A DNA stretch of 61,656 nucleotides, counting the filler, from Choristocarpus tenellus KU-1152 (lineage: Eukaryota; Protista; Phaeophyceae): NCBI GenBank assembly GCA_964200185.2. It is 13 parts of 13 records of this genome, joined end to end, with 100 filler letters (N's around TTAATTAATTAA, not from the genome) between each part and the next. Parts side by side here need not be neighbours in the genome. Positions count along the whole stretch, not along the records: positions 11,986 to 16,548 come from CAXNAD020013999.1; positions 16,649 to 22,076 come from CAXNAD020010813.1; positions 22,177 to 25,559 come from CAXNAD020020407.1; 10 more parts are not named here. The stretch is one strand, 5' to 3'. Position 1 is the stretch's first letter, and each line of letters starts with the position of its first letter. The notes under the pieces were generated by a model, which saw only the letters and a list, made by a program, of their open reading frames with translations, was not told the origin of the DNA and ran no database searches. Positions 12,272 through 25,100 of the stretch are shown in pieces. A program made the translations under genes and the position numbers.

Positions 12272-14745
12272 TATGTAATAGGAGTCCTAAATAACTCTAA
12301 AATAAACCTCCATGGCTTCCCACCATCACCACTACAACTATGGTGACTAGACTCCAGTCCTCTTCCGGTTGTCAAAGGGTTCAATACTGACTTGAAAATG
12401 ATCCCCAACGATATTGAGTCAAAGGAAGCGAGAACCCAGGGTGTTGGAAAGTATTTTGAAAATTCGAAAGTTTTTTACAATTTTTCGTAGGATATTTCTG
12501 AGGTAAGTAGAAATGTTTAAAACAATAGCGAGAACATGGAGATAAACCTTCTCAATTTAAACTTTAAAATATTAATAAATAATGGTATTGGTAAGTGTTC
12601 AAGAGTTACGATACAAATGCTGCTCGTTCGCGCTACATCTTCTCCCTTCTACGGAAACTAGCTAAACGCGGGGTCCCTGGGGGCGCTCTAGCCGCTGGGA
12701 CCATGAGCTTGTGGAAGCGAATTCAGAAGGTCAGCCTAGGAGGCGGCCAAGGTACGACTGTTCATCGTACAGACCCTGGAACGACACAGGATCCCGTGTC
12801 AGGGGCGATACCATGTAAAGGTGAGCTTGTCTGGTTTAGTGAGATCAAGACATTTGAAAAATGTTTCAAGTGTGAGCTGATCAAGTATGCCGGTCTTTGC
12901 TCTTTCGAGGGACTGTGCTACAGCTGTGGGAGCAAAGGGCACCTGCAGCACGTTTGTCGCCAGGACAGGGCGAGCCCGTCTAAACTGGCGGATGAATTAG
13001 TTGGACCAGGGATGGAACCAGCAAAGAAAATTGGATTGTCGCCAGAGGAGGGCGACGCCGTCTGAACAGGCGGATGAATTTAGCTGGACCAGAGTTGGAG
13101 GCAGCTAAGAAGAATAAAGTAAGGAGAAAATTTAAGGCCACGTTAGCTGCCGTGACCAATCATGACAAGGTGAGAGTGTCTGGTTTAGAGAGATGGTGCT
13201 TTGATTCGTGGGCATCACACAGTGTGACTAATGACCCGACGAACATGTATGGTTTCGCCCCTTGCCCAGAAGGTCGCAAAATGACTGTGACTGATGGCAC
13301 ATCACTATCCATCAAGGGATATGACGACAAGACAGTTGTGGTGTTGTGTTTGTTGTTATGTGCGTATTTTCCTTCATATCTCCCGAGGACTAGAGGGCAT
13401 ATCATATCTAATCTACTCTCAGTCCAAGAGCTGGGGGGTGTTGAGAATGATATCTCCTGGCCTGATATAGAGTACCAGGGGAATATGAAGTTGATATTTT
13501 ATGGTGATGAGAGAATTTTCCTGAATTGGTAAGAGTTCAGGAAGTGGAGGCTGGACGCTGGAGGTCACCATTCTGGAGCACTTAACCTGGTGGCCGTGCA
13601 AACTCTTTTGGTTTTTCGCTGTTTCGTTTTACAAGAATTGCATTGTTTGATATTTTTTGTCTGTTTTCAATTGAGACTACCCTTGCCATTTGTGTGAGTG
13701 ATAAGTCCATTAGAGTGTTAGCGGATGAATCCCTCCAGAGCCCAAGACTGTAAGAACAGCACATAGTTCTCCTGAATGTGGTTTATAGGATCGAACTAGA
13801 GCCGAAGAGATACCTAGTTTGTTGTTTGAATGACAGTTGGGTGGAGGCCCTGCTACTCCCTGGATGCAGGGCAATTTACCCAAAATAAATTCACTAGAAA
13901 AATTTCAATGAATTTGGTAAGGTAGTGAGATATAAAGCATGTCTAGTAGCAACAGGATTTTCATCAGACCAAGGATTTAGATTGCTGTGATACCTTTGCC
14001 CTGATGACATGGCCTGTACATTTAAGAGTGTTTCTGGCATTAGCTATAGGCAAGGATTCATGCGTTGGAATATGAAGCAGAATTTTATTAGATAAGAAAC
14101 CAGAGAGGAAATATTTGTTTGTTTATGTGATGAATGCAATTTGTGGTCAGGAAAGATTTTATGTTCAGTGAAAGAGTTTGATGGCACCAAACAGGTTAAC
14201 AGGGAGTTTAATCATTTCCTGGTGCACGTTTTTGGAAGAATGTGATTTTGTGCAATGCATAACAGATCCCTGTTTGTTACGCTATGTAAAAAATGGTGCT
14301 GTTTGTACTTTCATAGCCCCTCTCATGTTGATCTTGTGGTGGCAGGTATACATGATGTTTTGATTTGGGTTCACTCCTGGACCAAGGAGCAGTTTTCTAT
14401 AAAAAAATGTAGTGATCTTGGGAATGGGTTGGGAGATTTCGTGCGACAGAATTGCAAAGACAGTAGCATTAGTCAGAACAAGTATATCAGGAGCATTTGT
14501 CAAAGATATGGTATGGATGGGGCAAAGAAAAGGGCAGTACCCCATGATCTCTCAAGTGTTGACGAAAATACCCCGTACAAAGAGGCAGTTAGTAGTTTGA
14601 TGTGAGCACCTGTTATGACTAGGCTAGACATTCCAAATGCCAAGCATAGTCGTAATCCCAAAGTCACACATTGGCGTGCAGTCAAGTGTATTTTAGAAGA
14701 TTTGAATACGTGTCCTGGTGCTGGACTGAGTTTTGGTGGTTTTGA

Positions 14746-14924
14746 GGCTCAAAGTATCTGTGAGGGGGTGGCGGCTGTCCATTTGGGGTCAATTTTTCCG
14801 TGTCGCGATTTTTGGGTGATTTGATTGCAAACGTTGGATGGTTGCTATAAATGCACTTTTCCTGATTTTGACCCAAATGGACACCATACTGTAGACACCC
14901 CCCCCCTCCCAGATACTTTGGGTC
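14746..14924. mobile_element. MITE family A, full copy, TSD TGA, inserted in Copia pol
   Basis: GGCTCAAAGTATCTG...CAGATACTTTGGGTC flanked by tga. Removing it restores the frame GGF-D-TECELSTFAD. Confidence 0.9.
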
Positions 14925-15465
14925 TGATACTGAGTGTGAGTTGAGTACATTTGCTGATGCTAGTTATGCTGGAGACTGTAATGATCGTAGATTAGTGACT
15001 GGAGGAGCAATAATTTTCGCCGCAGGAGCAATATCTCGGATGTCAAAAGCTCAAAAGATTGCAGCTCTGTCTTCCATGGAGAGTGAGTACATAGCTCTTA
15101 CCAGTGTGGCACAGGAATTGCTTTTCTTGCAAAGTGTTTTTGAGTTGATTCAGTCACAGTTCCTTAGACATTGCATTGGCACGTTTGGCGCATGCACACC
15201 AGTACAAAATGCCATAAGCTTTACTAGAACAAAGCACATTAGTGTCTGGCACCATTTTCTGAGGGTCTTGGCTAGAAAAGTGTTATTTGTGTTGTTTTTT
15301 TGGTACTGCAAACTTGAGGGCAGATGTATTGACCAAGAATTTGCCAGTCCAAGTTTTTAGACAACATGTGAAAATTTTAATGAACATGTAAGGTAGGTAA
15401 CATGTGTGTTGTAGTTGTTAATGTTGATTGATTGAGAGTTAATACTTGTTTTCACCAAGGGAGGA

Positions 15466-15728
15466 TGTCGAATAACTAGTGTTATCCTTGCAATGTATGT
15501 GCTAATACAAGCATGTAACATAGTTTTCATGCACGTTTACCTTTAGTTTGGTACAATACAAAGTAGTAACGTGATAACAGTACGATGAGTCAGTCTTTGT
15601 TCATAAGTCAGAGATAATTGATGGACTAGACAAAGATCCAGTGAATAATTAATACTCAGTGTATCTCACCATGTAACTCAACCAGCAGCTTCTGGCGACA
15701 AGCCTTTCCTGTGCAAAGCTATTCAACA
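15466..15728 (+). repeat. Copia 3' LTR preceded by polypurine tract
   Basis: PPT aagggagga (15457-15465), then TGTCGAATA...TATTCAACA inverted termini. Confidence 0.75.
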
Positions 15729-15810
15729 CCCAATGTGGAGATCCCCTTGCAATTTGAATTTTTCCGTGACATTTTATTTCTTTAGGGCTTATACTGAGAT
15801 AAATAGTTCG

Positions 15811-15950
15811 CATTGGTTTCCCCCCTGACACATCAGCGAAATGTCAGACGGCATAATAATACAAATAAAATGTATAAGATGGTGGCATATATTTTATGAT
15901 TATGCCCTCTGACATTTTGCAGATGTGTCAGGAGCGAAACCAATGAAAAC
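15811..15950. mobile_element. Two micro-copies of the non-LTR 3' end, tail to tail
   Basis: 15811-15861 (+) and 15891-15950 (-) both carry ctgacacatc..aaatgtcag..ggcataa. Confidence 0.7.
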
Positions 15951-16679
15951 CTTTGTAGCCCTAACTCCAAAGCATAACCCCTATAGCTTTGGTCCTAGAG
16001 TCTAAAGCACTCCCTCGAGTGGTAGATAGGTGCTCAATTCAGTCTTGATACTCACTCTGAATCCCCCAGTGTATCGAGTACAGTGTGGTTCTGTTCCACA
16101 CTCTAAAGATCTAGCAGTTCACCAGTGGACGATGAGATCTAGATACCCCCTACAATAACATATTCGCTTCAACAAGAAACCATCATAGATTGAAATACTA
16201 CACACAAGGTTGGAACTGTGATATTGAGATCTCAATATATTCTTTATGTAGTGTTGTTCTCTAGCAACATATGAATGGCTTATCTCAACAGTTATCATTA
16301 CCTACATGTCTCCTTCCTCATTTACTGTGTCTCTCCAGGCGATGGATGTCCTGCTGAGGGTGGTTATGGCACAACCAGCCCATACAACAGAGGATTTTCA
16401 AAATTGAGGCAGGAGCGGGACTATGAATATCGTTGTTTTGCGAAAACTGTCTTTAAAAAGTACCTCAAGGTTTTTTTATGCAACTGTTTTTGCACTTGGA
16501 AGGGCCCCTTATGACCTTTTTTTGGAAATGTTTCGGCACCTTTTAAGGNNNNNNNNNNNNNNNNNNNNNNNNNNNNNNNNNNNNNNNNNNNNTTAATTAA
16601 TTAANNNNNNNNNNNNNNNNNNNNNNNNNNNNNNNNNNNNNNNNNNNNCCCTCCCCCAGATACTTTGACCCCCATCAAC

Positions 16680-19600
16680 GTCTTGAAGCTGCTGAGCAAA
16701 TGTGGATTGGAAATGCACGCTCTTGTCAAGCTGTACCACTCATTCCCACTATTGTACGTGTTCTTGGAACTGGGATCCCAACTGCACTCCATGATTCCTT
16801 CCTCAACCTTTGGACATCCACACTTCCTTGGTATGTAAGTCGCTAAGTCTCAGTAGTTGTCAGACAAAACAATGTCCCACGCGCATGATGCAATCGAACT
16901 CCTCAACTTTACAAGCGAGCACCATATCTCTTAAGCCTTCGCAACTGCTTTTTCTGCTAGTCACAACTTGATCATCTCTCGAAGCTCAATTTTTTTCTAC
17001 TAGTACAAACCACCTTTTGTGAGTACCGATATGACACCCGACCATCTCTGCTACAACATCCCAATCCGTACTCTCTATTTAGCTGACCAAATTACTATCG
17101 CCTCAGATTCTGCTTGAGCTGACACTTTACACCTCACAATAGCAGTAAGAGTATTGGAATATGTTACGCAGTCCACAAATTCGAGCCAACTTTCAAGGTA
17201 TTGTCTGAATACACAAAACCAGTAAAACCACGTCGAAATCAGTAAGAGTGTACATGTTTCCATTCCGTAGGTACTCCAGTTAAATTAAACGAAAATTTAT
17301 CATCGATTATTCTCACCTTCCCATCATTCAGCATTCCTAACAACGGCAAACCCTGTTATTTCGCTGATGTTAACTACAAAACTTGACCCTTGATACCTAT
17401 TTTTGAATGTATAGAGTTTTTGGTCATAGCACGATCAGTAGGTTTTCTCTGTGTGCTCCATATATACGCGCGCACTTGCCATCCATAAACCAAAAAAGAA
17501 CCGAAATTATATCAAAAAGAACCAAAATTCGGAGGAGTTCCACATCTTGTGATGTATTTAAATTGATCATATGACTGATTTCTCCATTTCTGGCACCAAC
17601 TCTCATACGTCACATATGCTTCCATACGTACTTAGGACCTTAGTTTATTTCACTTGATACTACTCTATCCAAAGTCAGAACTATTTCTTTACAATTAACT
17701 TCTCAAATCCTGTTTTACATACTGGACACATATAATTTGTCACCACTTTCATTTCTGTAATCAAGCGCCACTTCCAATTTGCAGTTTTTGAGCAAAACAT
17801 CAATCAATGGCCCCTTAGTGGAATCCTTAAGAATGTTTTGATCAGAGAGAAACCTTTTTACACCGAAATGATTCCAAATATTTTCTGAATCTACCTCTTA
17901 ATTTGTACGAATCTATCATATCGCCAATCCTTGTTGACATGCGTCTCATGTCACCCCCGAAATAATGTCACATGGAAGTTAAAATATTCACTTTACTTCT
18001 GAAACTGATTTTCTCTATTTGAAGTTTGTCATCTGTATCACAAATGAGAGAACTATGATAGCCATTTTCTAAATGTAAAGTATACATTTAAGGTAACCTT
18101 CTTTGAGAAGATACACTTTAACGTCTGTTGCTTCATATGATATCAGCATTTGCTTGTCGAAGTAAATATCACTGGTTTGAGTGGACCTTACAAAACCCCT
18201 ATCTTTCACTTTTTGCCTGTTCACTCTTCCCTGAATAACCTTCTGAGGGATTGCTCTCCCTCTTGCCTTGTCTCTCTCCATTCCCTTTCTCCAGGGGATC
18301 TTCCAGTTTCCCTTCAGTTTGAAGAGCCTACCTGCTTGTTTCCATCTGTTTCAGAGTGGCGACGACAGCAGTGCTAAAGTGGGATAGTACTTCAAAAGTA
18401 CTTTGGGCGACGCTCTTAGTGCTTTACCCCTACTTGGACCACACTTACCCTATATACGTATGCCACATCACTCCGACTGGCATATACTCCAGTAGTTCGA
18501 CCGAGGAGACGACACAACACGTTCCACACAACAATGAACCATTTTCATATTTTCATGGCGGAAGAATTCAGAGAGAACCAACCAGCTGAACACCTTCTAC
18601 CACCAATTTATGACCGTGATCCTCTTTCTATTGATGAAGTTATCCTAAAAGATGGAAAGCTCTACTTCACAAATTATCCGGAATCTTTGCCTGCACAGAT
18701 TTCCGGGTGGTTGACCAACGTGTTGTCCAGCAATTGACATCGACATATAATCACTTGGTCAGTCAACCCTTACCGTTACCAACCCCTGCTACATAGATCA
18801 TAAATGTCCCGTCAACATTTTCACAGGCTAGCTAACCCGTGCCCATGCCCTTTCACATTGAAGACTTGACCAGACCTCGTCATATCTGATACATCGAAAA
18901 TCGTGATCTTTCCGTATGCCCAGAAAAAAATTATTATCTCACCCCTGATCAAGGTGAAGTGGCACAGACTTGGTGGCAACCAAACCTATCTTAGTTACAA
19001 GTGCTAAGTTGTGAGGTACCCTCACGCAAAAATGTTTTCTCCGGCACCTTATAAACATCTAGATATCTTGTGTACACAACTGTCATACCGGACATTAATC
19101 CCTTGCCGAGAGACTAAATCTTTTCTTTCAATGCTTATGTCAGCTTCTGGCTGCATACACACTTCCTCGATTTCCTGTTGATACCTGTGTTGTTCTGATA
19201 CACGTATCAAGCCACATAGAGGGGGAGGTGATGTGATAGCCATCTTCCAACTCTAAGGTATACCTTTAAGATGACCTTCCTTCAGAAGATGCACGTCAAG
19301 GTCTATTGCCTCATACTCGGAGTATGATATCAGCATTTGCTTGTTGAAGTAAATGTCAGCAGCTGGTTTGAGAGGACCTTAAAAACTACCCTCTTTCACT
19401 TTTAACCTGTTCACTCCTCCCTGAGTGACCTTCTGAGGGATCAGTCACCCTCTTGCCTTGTCGTTCGCCATTTCCTTCCTCCTGTGGATCTCCCACTCCC
19501 CTTCAGTATAAAGAATCTGTCTGCCTGTTTCCATCTGTTTCACGGAACTGTTTCTTAAGAAATGATATTTCTTGTCGCATCCCACCTAACTCTCCTTGTT

Positions 19601-20330
19601 ATTGTAATTTCCTCTTACCCCATTCATTTCTTCTTACAAAACTCTTCACCAGACTCACGAGAGAATCACGTACTGTCTTCCAATCCTTCCAGAAAACCTA
19701 CCACGATATCGACTCTACCAGCAGACCCATACTGAGTATCAACTGCAGCTTTAGCACTTCCCACAAATCCTTCCGCAAAATTTGCCGCAGACTCAATGCC
19801 GCCTCCAAATTCGACACTATGCAACCTGGGTTTTCGGCTGACATGTGGTATATGTTTGATGTCAGTTCTGGATGAGGGATGTTAGATGTTCACATTCTTC
19901 CCTGCCATACTTACCAATAAACTTACCTCTCAACTCTTGGCCTAAAACCGTCCCTGGAATAAGCCTCGTCATTTCCACGAAACAAGGCCTTGTCTGCAAC
20001 ATCTTCACCTCGTCTTGACATCTGTGTCCTTCTCCCTTCCTTGGACGTTCCCACCGATTTGTAGTGCTAGCATCGTCAGTTCTTGGATCCAACACCTCCC
20101 TCTCCAGTCCCTCCCTCCTTTCCCCCATTCTGGGCCCAATATATCTTTGATCCATCGAGTCATCCCTTCTTATTGGGGTTTCCAATGCATAAGTTATGCG
20201 GGCCACCACATTCGTCTCCCCCTCCTCCAAATCCGAACCCCCACTACTGTCAACCACCTCTCCACGTTCCTCTCCTAACATCCACCCTTCCTCTTGGGTT
20301 TATCTGGAAAACCCTCCACTTTCCCAAGGA
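16680..20330 (-). pseudogene. Highly decayed retroelement remnant, possibly Gypsy gag-pol
   Basis: Only faint minus-strand traces (RGRFRKYLESFR near 17850-17900; an integrase-like PVP segment near 16780). Internal ~270-bp duplication at 18087-18352 and 19265-19542. Confidence 0.3.
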
Positions 20331-20337
20331 TTCTCCT

Positions 20338-20595
20338 GAGTCAGTATCTTAGAGGGTAGAGCCGCGTCCATTTGGGGGCCAAAATCCAATGTTGTAATTT
20401 TGATGTAATTTTGGCTATCGTGTTTGTTAGGAGATGTCAATGTCCTTGTTCCGTACGCAACTTTTCATTAACATATAGATTTTATCTACTCCGGAACATC
20501 TTGGAGTAGGTAAAATATCAGTAAAAACCCGCGGGAAGCCAAGCCCCAAATGGACAAACAGGGCAGAAATCGTACCCTCTAAGATACTTTCACTC
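20338..20595. mobile_element. MITE family B, full copy, TSD CCT
   Basis: GAGTCAGTATCTTAGAGGGTA...GATACTTTCACTC with cct on both flanks. Confidence 0.9.
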
Positions 20596-21903
20596 CCTAC
20601 GTGCAAGGGGTTTGCCTCTCCTTTGGAGTGGGACGGAGAGTCGTTTTCTCGACACGTGATTAAAGGGATCCCCAAAGCGGAATCACTCTGGGTAGAGGGG
20701 TAGGACAGCAGGCACAATAGGTACAGTAGGTAGCTGTAGTGTGTTTGTTGCACCCTTAATCGGTTCAAAGCAAGCCGCTCAATTGATTCACTCTCATCAT
20801 CACACCCACACACACCGTGTAGGCCTAGTGCCAAGGTTCTCTAGCTAGTAGCCACTACGCCCCAGGAGCCTCAAGAGGAAAGGAACCTTGAGGGTTTGTG
20901 CTTGGTTAAACCAGCGGGGACTGTGCTGGGCCAAAATAGGAAAATATCTGCTACTACGTAGCCACAGTGCTCAAGTAGCACCCGTGAGCAAAGATAAAGG
21001 GGGAGGCTGTGCCTAGATAGCATGGATGGGCTGTTCCTGGGTAGAAGGGTGAGCTTGTGCCAGAAGGGTCTGTGCCTACTTATGTAAATTTGATGGAGTA
21101 ATACATACTTTCAAAGTACACGTGTAACTGTGTGGTCTGCATGTAACTTTTGACTTTCAAAGTGGCCAACAGAGAATCCTTAACTTCTATTGAAGGCATC
21201 ACAGATCAGGACCCTACCAGGCCTCCTAAAACAAAATCGCACTTCTGCACCAACTGTTCTGCTCATCATTGTTTGACATGCTTATACCTTCCTGCATCTC
21301 TGTACGTAGCGGAAAACAAACACACCCAGGGGTCCCGGCAGTCCCATCACTCGTGCCCATCCACGACCACAGGCAACACTCCAGGTCAGCTCGACCACTT
21401 ATTAATTCCTTCAATAGACGCCTACAGAATGGTTATGATGCCGTTGTACTGCTCTCTTTGCTGCTGCTCATTCCTTTGCCTTTCCTCCTCCCTGTCCAAG
21501 TTCTCCTTTGTCTACCTATCCTCCCTCTCCACCAACCGCTTCGTCGCTATGTCAACATGCTTCTGCCGGGCGGAAACCATATCTGTCGTTCGTATCCTCC
21601 AGTAGGTATCTATGCCTTTTAGACTCCTATAGCATCAACCCTCTCTGGATCTCCATCTCCTCGTGGTGAAACTTCCTTTTGAGTTCCAGATTATTCTCCC
21701 CATTTCTAAATCCTCTGACCTCTACATATATACAGCCAACACCTACCTCTACTCAGAACAGGTATTGGAATCACAATTGGGGCCGAGGACATGGAGGAGA
21801 CTCTAGTAGTGACACTCATTAGGTAGGGAGCCGTGCAGGAGATCTCACAAATTATCTATGCCGCCGACATGTATTATTGGCTAGCACACCTTGACCAGAA
21901 CCT

Positions 21904-22076
21904 GACTCAAAGTATCTGGGGGGTGGTGGTGGCTGTCCGTTCGGAGACATTTTATATATGTCATGATTTTTGGTTGGTTTGGCAGCATGCGTCAGATGGA
22001 TAATATAAGTGCACTTTTCCTGGTCAGGGCCCAAATGGATACCCTGGTGTAGATCCCCACCCCCCCCCCCCCCCCC
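21904..22076. mobile_element. MITE family A, near-full copy broken at its poly-C tract
   Basis: GACTCAAAGTATCTGGGGG...cccaaatgga...poly-C running into the linker. Confidence 0.85.
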
Positions 22077-22176
22077 NNNNNNNNNNNNNNNNNNNNNNNN
22101 NNNNNNNNNNNNNNNNNNNNTTAATTAATTAANNNNNNNNNNNNNNNNNNNNNNNNNNNNNNNNNNNNNNNNNNNN

Positions 22177-22413
22177 CTTTAGTGATGCTGCTGCAGCAGC
22201 AGCAGCAGTAGAGATGGGAGGGCCATGAGTAGGTACGGGGGGGGGAACGACTTCAACTTCAACTTCAACTTGGCCACTAGCACACTTAAGGGGCCACCAA
22301 CTTGGCCACTCCTCTGGGGTGGGATAACCCGATTCAACACGGAGCTGTTGCTGTTGTTGCTTCCTCTGCTGCTGCTTCCCTTGCTCTACCTGCTCTTGTT
22401 GCCTTGAAAACAC
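22177..22413 (-). CDS. Probable exon, Gln/Ala/Pro-rich, unknown gene
   Basis: caacag|GTG acceptor, then an open frame VFSRQQEQVEQ...PEEWPSWWPLKC...AAAAAAA to the contig edge. Confidence 0.35.
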
Positions 22414-22434
22414 CTGTTGCCCCTGGTGAGGGGG

Positions 22435-22437
<3 letters not shown>

Positions 22438-22485
<48 letters not shown>

Positions 22486-22651
22486 CACAGCAGAACCAGG
22501 TTTCGAGGCTTGGTTCAATTTACCTCTCGACGGAGAATGTTATCACAAGGTGCAACCAATACGTGCAAAAACGGTAGTCTCATGGCATATTATTATTATT
22601 ATTATTATTACTATTATTATCATTATTATTATTATTACTATTACTTTTATT
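22438..22651. repeat. (GA)n and (TAT)n microsatellites
   Basis: (GA)n at 22438-22482; (TAT)n at 22588-22651. Confidence 0.95.
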
Positions 22652-23334
22652 ATATACAAGTAATCCATGGTTGCCACATAAAGGATTGCTTTGGATAACA
22701 TCATTGTATCAACAGTAGTACACTTTGGAAAAACAAAAGGGGGGGTTGTTGGAGGGATGCCGTTATCAGGTCTTCGAAATGTTAGGGGCAGTCAATTTTC
22801 ACCAGAAATTGCCAACACCTAAATACAGGAGGGCGTTAGGTGTGGCGGGTCAGAACAAAAATGTCAGAATCTCTCCGGTGATATAACATTCAAAATTTGG
22901 TTTCATTTTCAGTTATGCTGCCATACCACAGGAAATAAAAGAATGATAATCCCTACACTAATTATTGGAGTTTGCCGACCCCTATCTAAAAAAAACAACT
23001 GAATTTGTGCTTTTTATATTTACATATATATATATATACATACATATATATGTATATATAACAAACTTTGAACTTGGGCACAAATTGAGGTTAAGAATTG
23101 CCATGCATCAGGTTTGACAACCCACATGATCTCATTCTTCTCGACAGATTATGTTCAGTATTAGGTGGGTGATGGATTTCTCAACACAACTCACCTGCCC
23201 ACGTGCCATGTAACTCCTCCCTTTGACCAACGAGTTTTCACGAGTCTTGGCAAGGCGAATCTCCTGCACAACAAGTTGAGCTTATTGAGTGCAAAGTCTT
23301 CAGGTTGCCAGGTAGGCAAACAGGGAAAATATAC

Positions 23335-23510
23335 ATCTATTTTTGTTTTTGTTTTTTTACATGCAAATGAAAAGGAAAAGTTGATGTGTTTTTTTTTTAA
23401 CATGCAAATAAAAAGGAAAAATTGACGTGTTTTTGTTTTTTACATGCAAATAAAAAGAAAAGTTGACATGTTTTTGTTTTTTTACATGCAAATAAAAAGA
23501 AAAGGTTGAT
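23335..23510. repeat. Tandem ~40-bp minisatellite
   Basis: ttttacatgcaaatRaaaagRaaaRRttga repeated four times. Confidence 0.85.
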
Positions 23511-25000
23511 ACGTGCCTGCGAGGGGAAAAGGAAGTGGAGGTGCCAAGTAATAATAATAACACATAAATAACACATAAATAACACTTAACTTCCTTTGGG
23601 TCTTTGGCTGAAATATGCAGGACAAACAGCAACACAAATTGTTTCACTACTATTCAAGGATATTCTTATCATGTCCATACACTACTATTCAAAGAATTAA
23701 AAAAAAATTTACGTGCTTAAAAAAAAATCTGTAAAAAAAAAGGCGGCAAAACATCCAGATATATAAAATATAAGCACATTTTTTCCTTGTGGTCATTGCC
23801 TGATTTATGTGGGACAAACAGGTACCCCAGAAACCAATTCATTTTTTTTGTTAAGGATACTCTCATTGTCTTCCTGATGCCATTAAGAATGGTAGGAAAA
23901 ATACCCACGAAATAGGCAGGGTGGCAGGTCACACCCTAGGCCAATCAATGAAGACTCGGGAAGATATTGCCATTAAGCTCTCTTTAAAATTTGGTGCAAA
24001 ACAAGTCAGTTAATCCTCCTTCCACACTGTGTGAAGCCAGTGGGAAGGAAGGCCGTTTCCTTGGTCACCAAGGACCCATCTACACACACTACTTTCTCCC
24101 TATCCTCTTGCTTCTTGTGCACTCTCTTGAAGTAGTTGTCGCACACGTGGTACAGCCACAGCATGATACCCTTGGGTATCTCCCTATCCCCTTACTGTGC
24201 AAAGAGGCTCTGCCAAACTTGCCTACTAGTCTATGCATCATACCCTTGGCATACCATACCCTAACCCTAACCCTAACCCTAACCTTCATTTTTTTTTTTT
24301 GCGAGTTCATCATTGTTGTGTGAGCGAATCCAGCATTAAATTTGACGCAATTCAAATCAGTTGACCCCAAGAAATACATTCCTCCCCTTTTTGAAATACA
24401 CCCACTACGAAGCCCTTTTTCCTGCACCATGAAGGTATCACATCACATCACATCACATCACATCACACCATAGAGGAAGGATACTCGTCGCCAACACAGA
24501 GGAAATGCTTCTGGGATCAGTTTATGAGAGATGACTGACTCCCCAAGGTGTTGATGTTTGGGGACCTACAGGTGGAAGGAGGCGGGGAGGAGAAGAAGGA
24601 GAAGAAGACAGCACACCTACAAGTGACTTAAGATGATTTGGATTATTTCAGTTGGAGGTTGAAGCACCAGGGTCACTAACCAAAGAAACGTGGTATGACT
24701 GCGTGGCTGCTGGCACAACAAACTTAATGGTAGATTGGCATTGCAAGGAAGCTCTCAAAGCAAATGTACTTCATCACTACTCAAAGCCAAAGTACCAACT
24801 GACATCGCCGAAGTCATCACCATCACTACAGTCTCCTGCTCGCTCTTGGAGTGAGATTCTTATATAGATTCTTGTATAGATTCTTGTATACATTTTTCAT
24901 TTTTCTCTGTTTCTTCTTTTCCCTTTCTGTTCTATTTTGGGTATGCCTGGTGTCTATTCTTCTATTAATTCCACTGTAAATTTGTACATATATTACATAT

Positions 25001-25100
25001 AAATATATATTCTTCTATTTATATATATATTCTTCTATTCATATATATATTCTTCTATTTATATATATATTCTTCTATTTATATATATATTCTTCTATTT
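25001..25100. repeat. Five tandem 20-bp units
   Basis: atatatatattcttctattY x5. Confidence 0.95.

Larger units (their letters stand above)
12595..15728 (+). mobile_element. Decayed Ty1/Copia LTR retrotransposon (gag knuckle, protease, RT, RNase H; integrase apparently deleted)
   Basis: CYSCGSKGHLQHVC (CCHC knuckle); WCFDSWASHS (protease DSGAS-like); YKACLVATGFS, DPCLL and SISQNKYI (RT remnants); FADASYAGDCNDRR..SSMESEYIAL..TKHI (Copia RNase H). Many stops and frameshifts. Confidence 0.9.

Noticed and set aside
22783-22984. hAT-type MITE (TAGGGG...CCCCTA)
   Set aside because: Imperfect TIR, no 8-bp TSD, and a single copy in the window.
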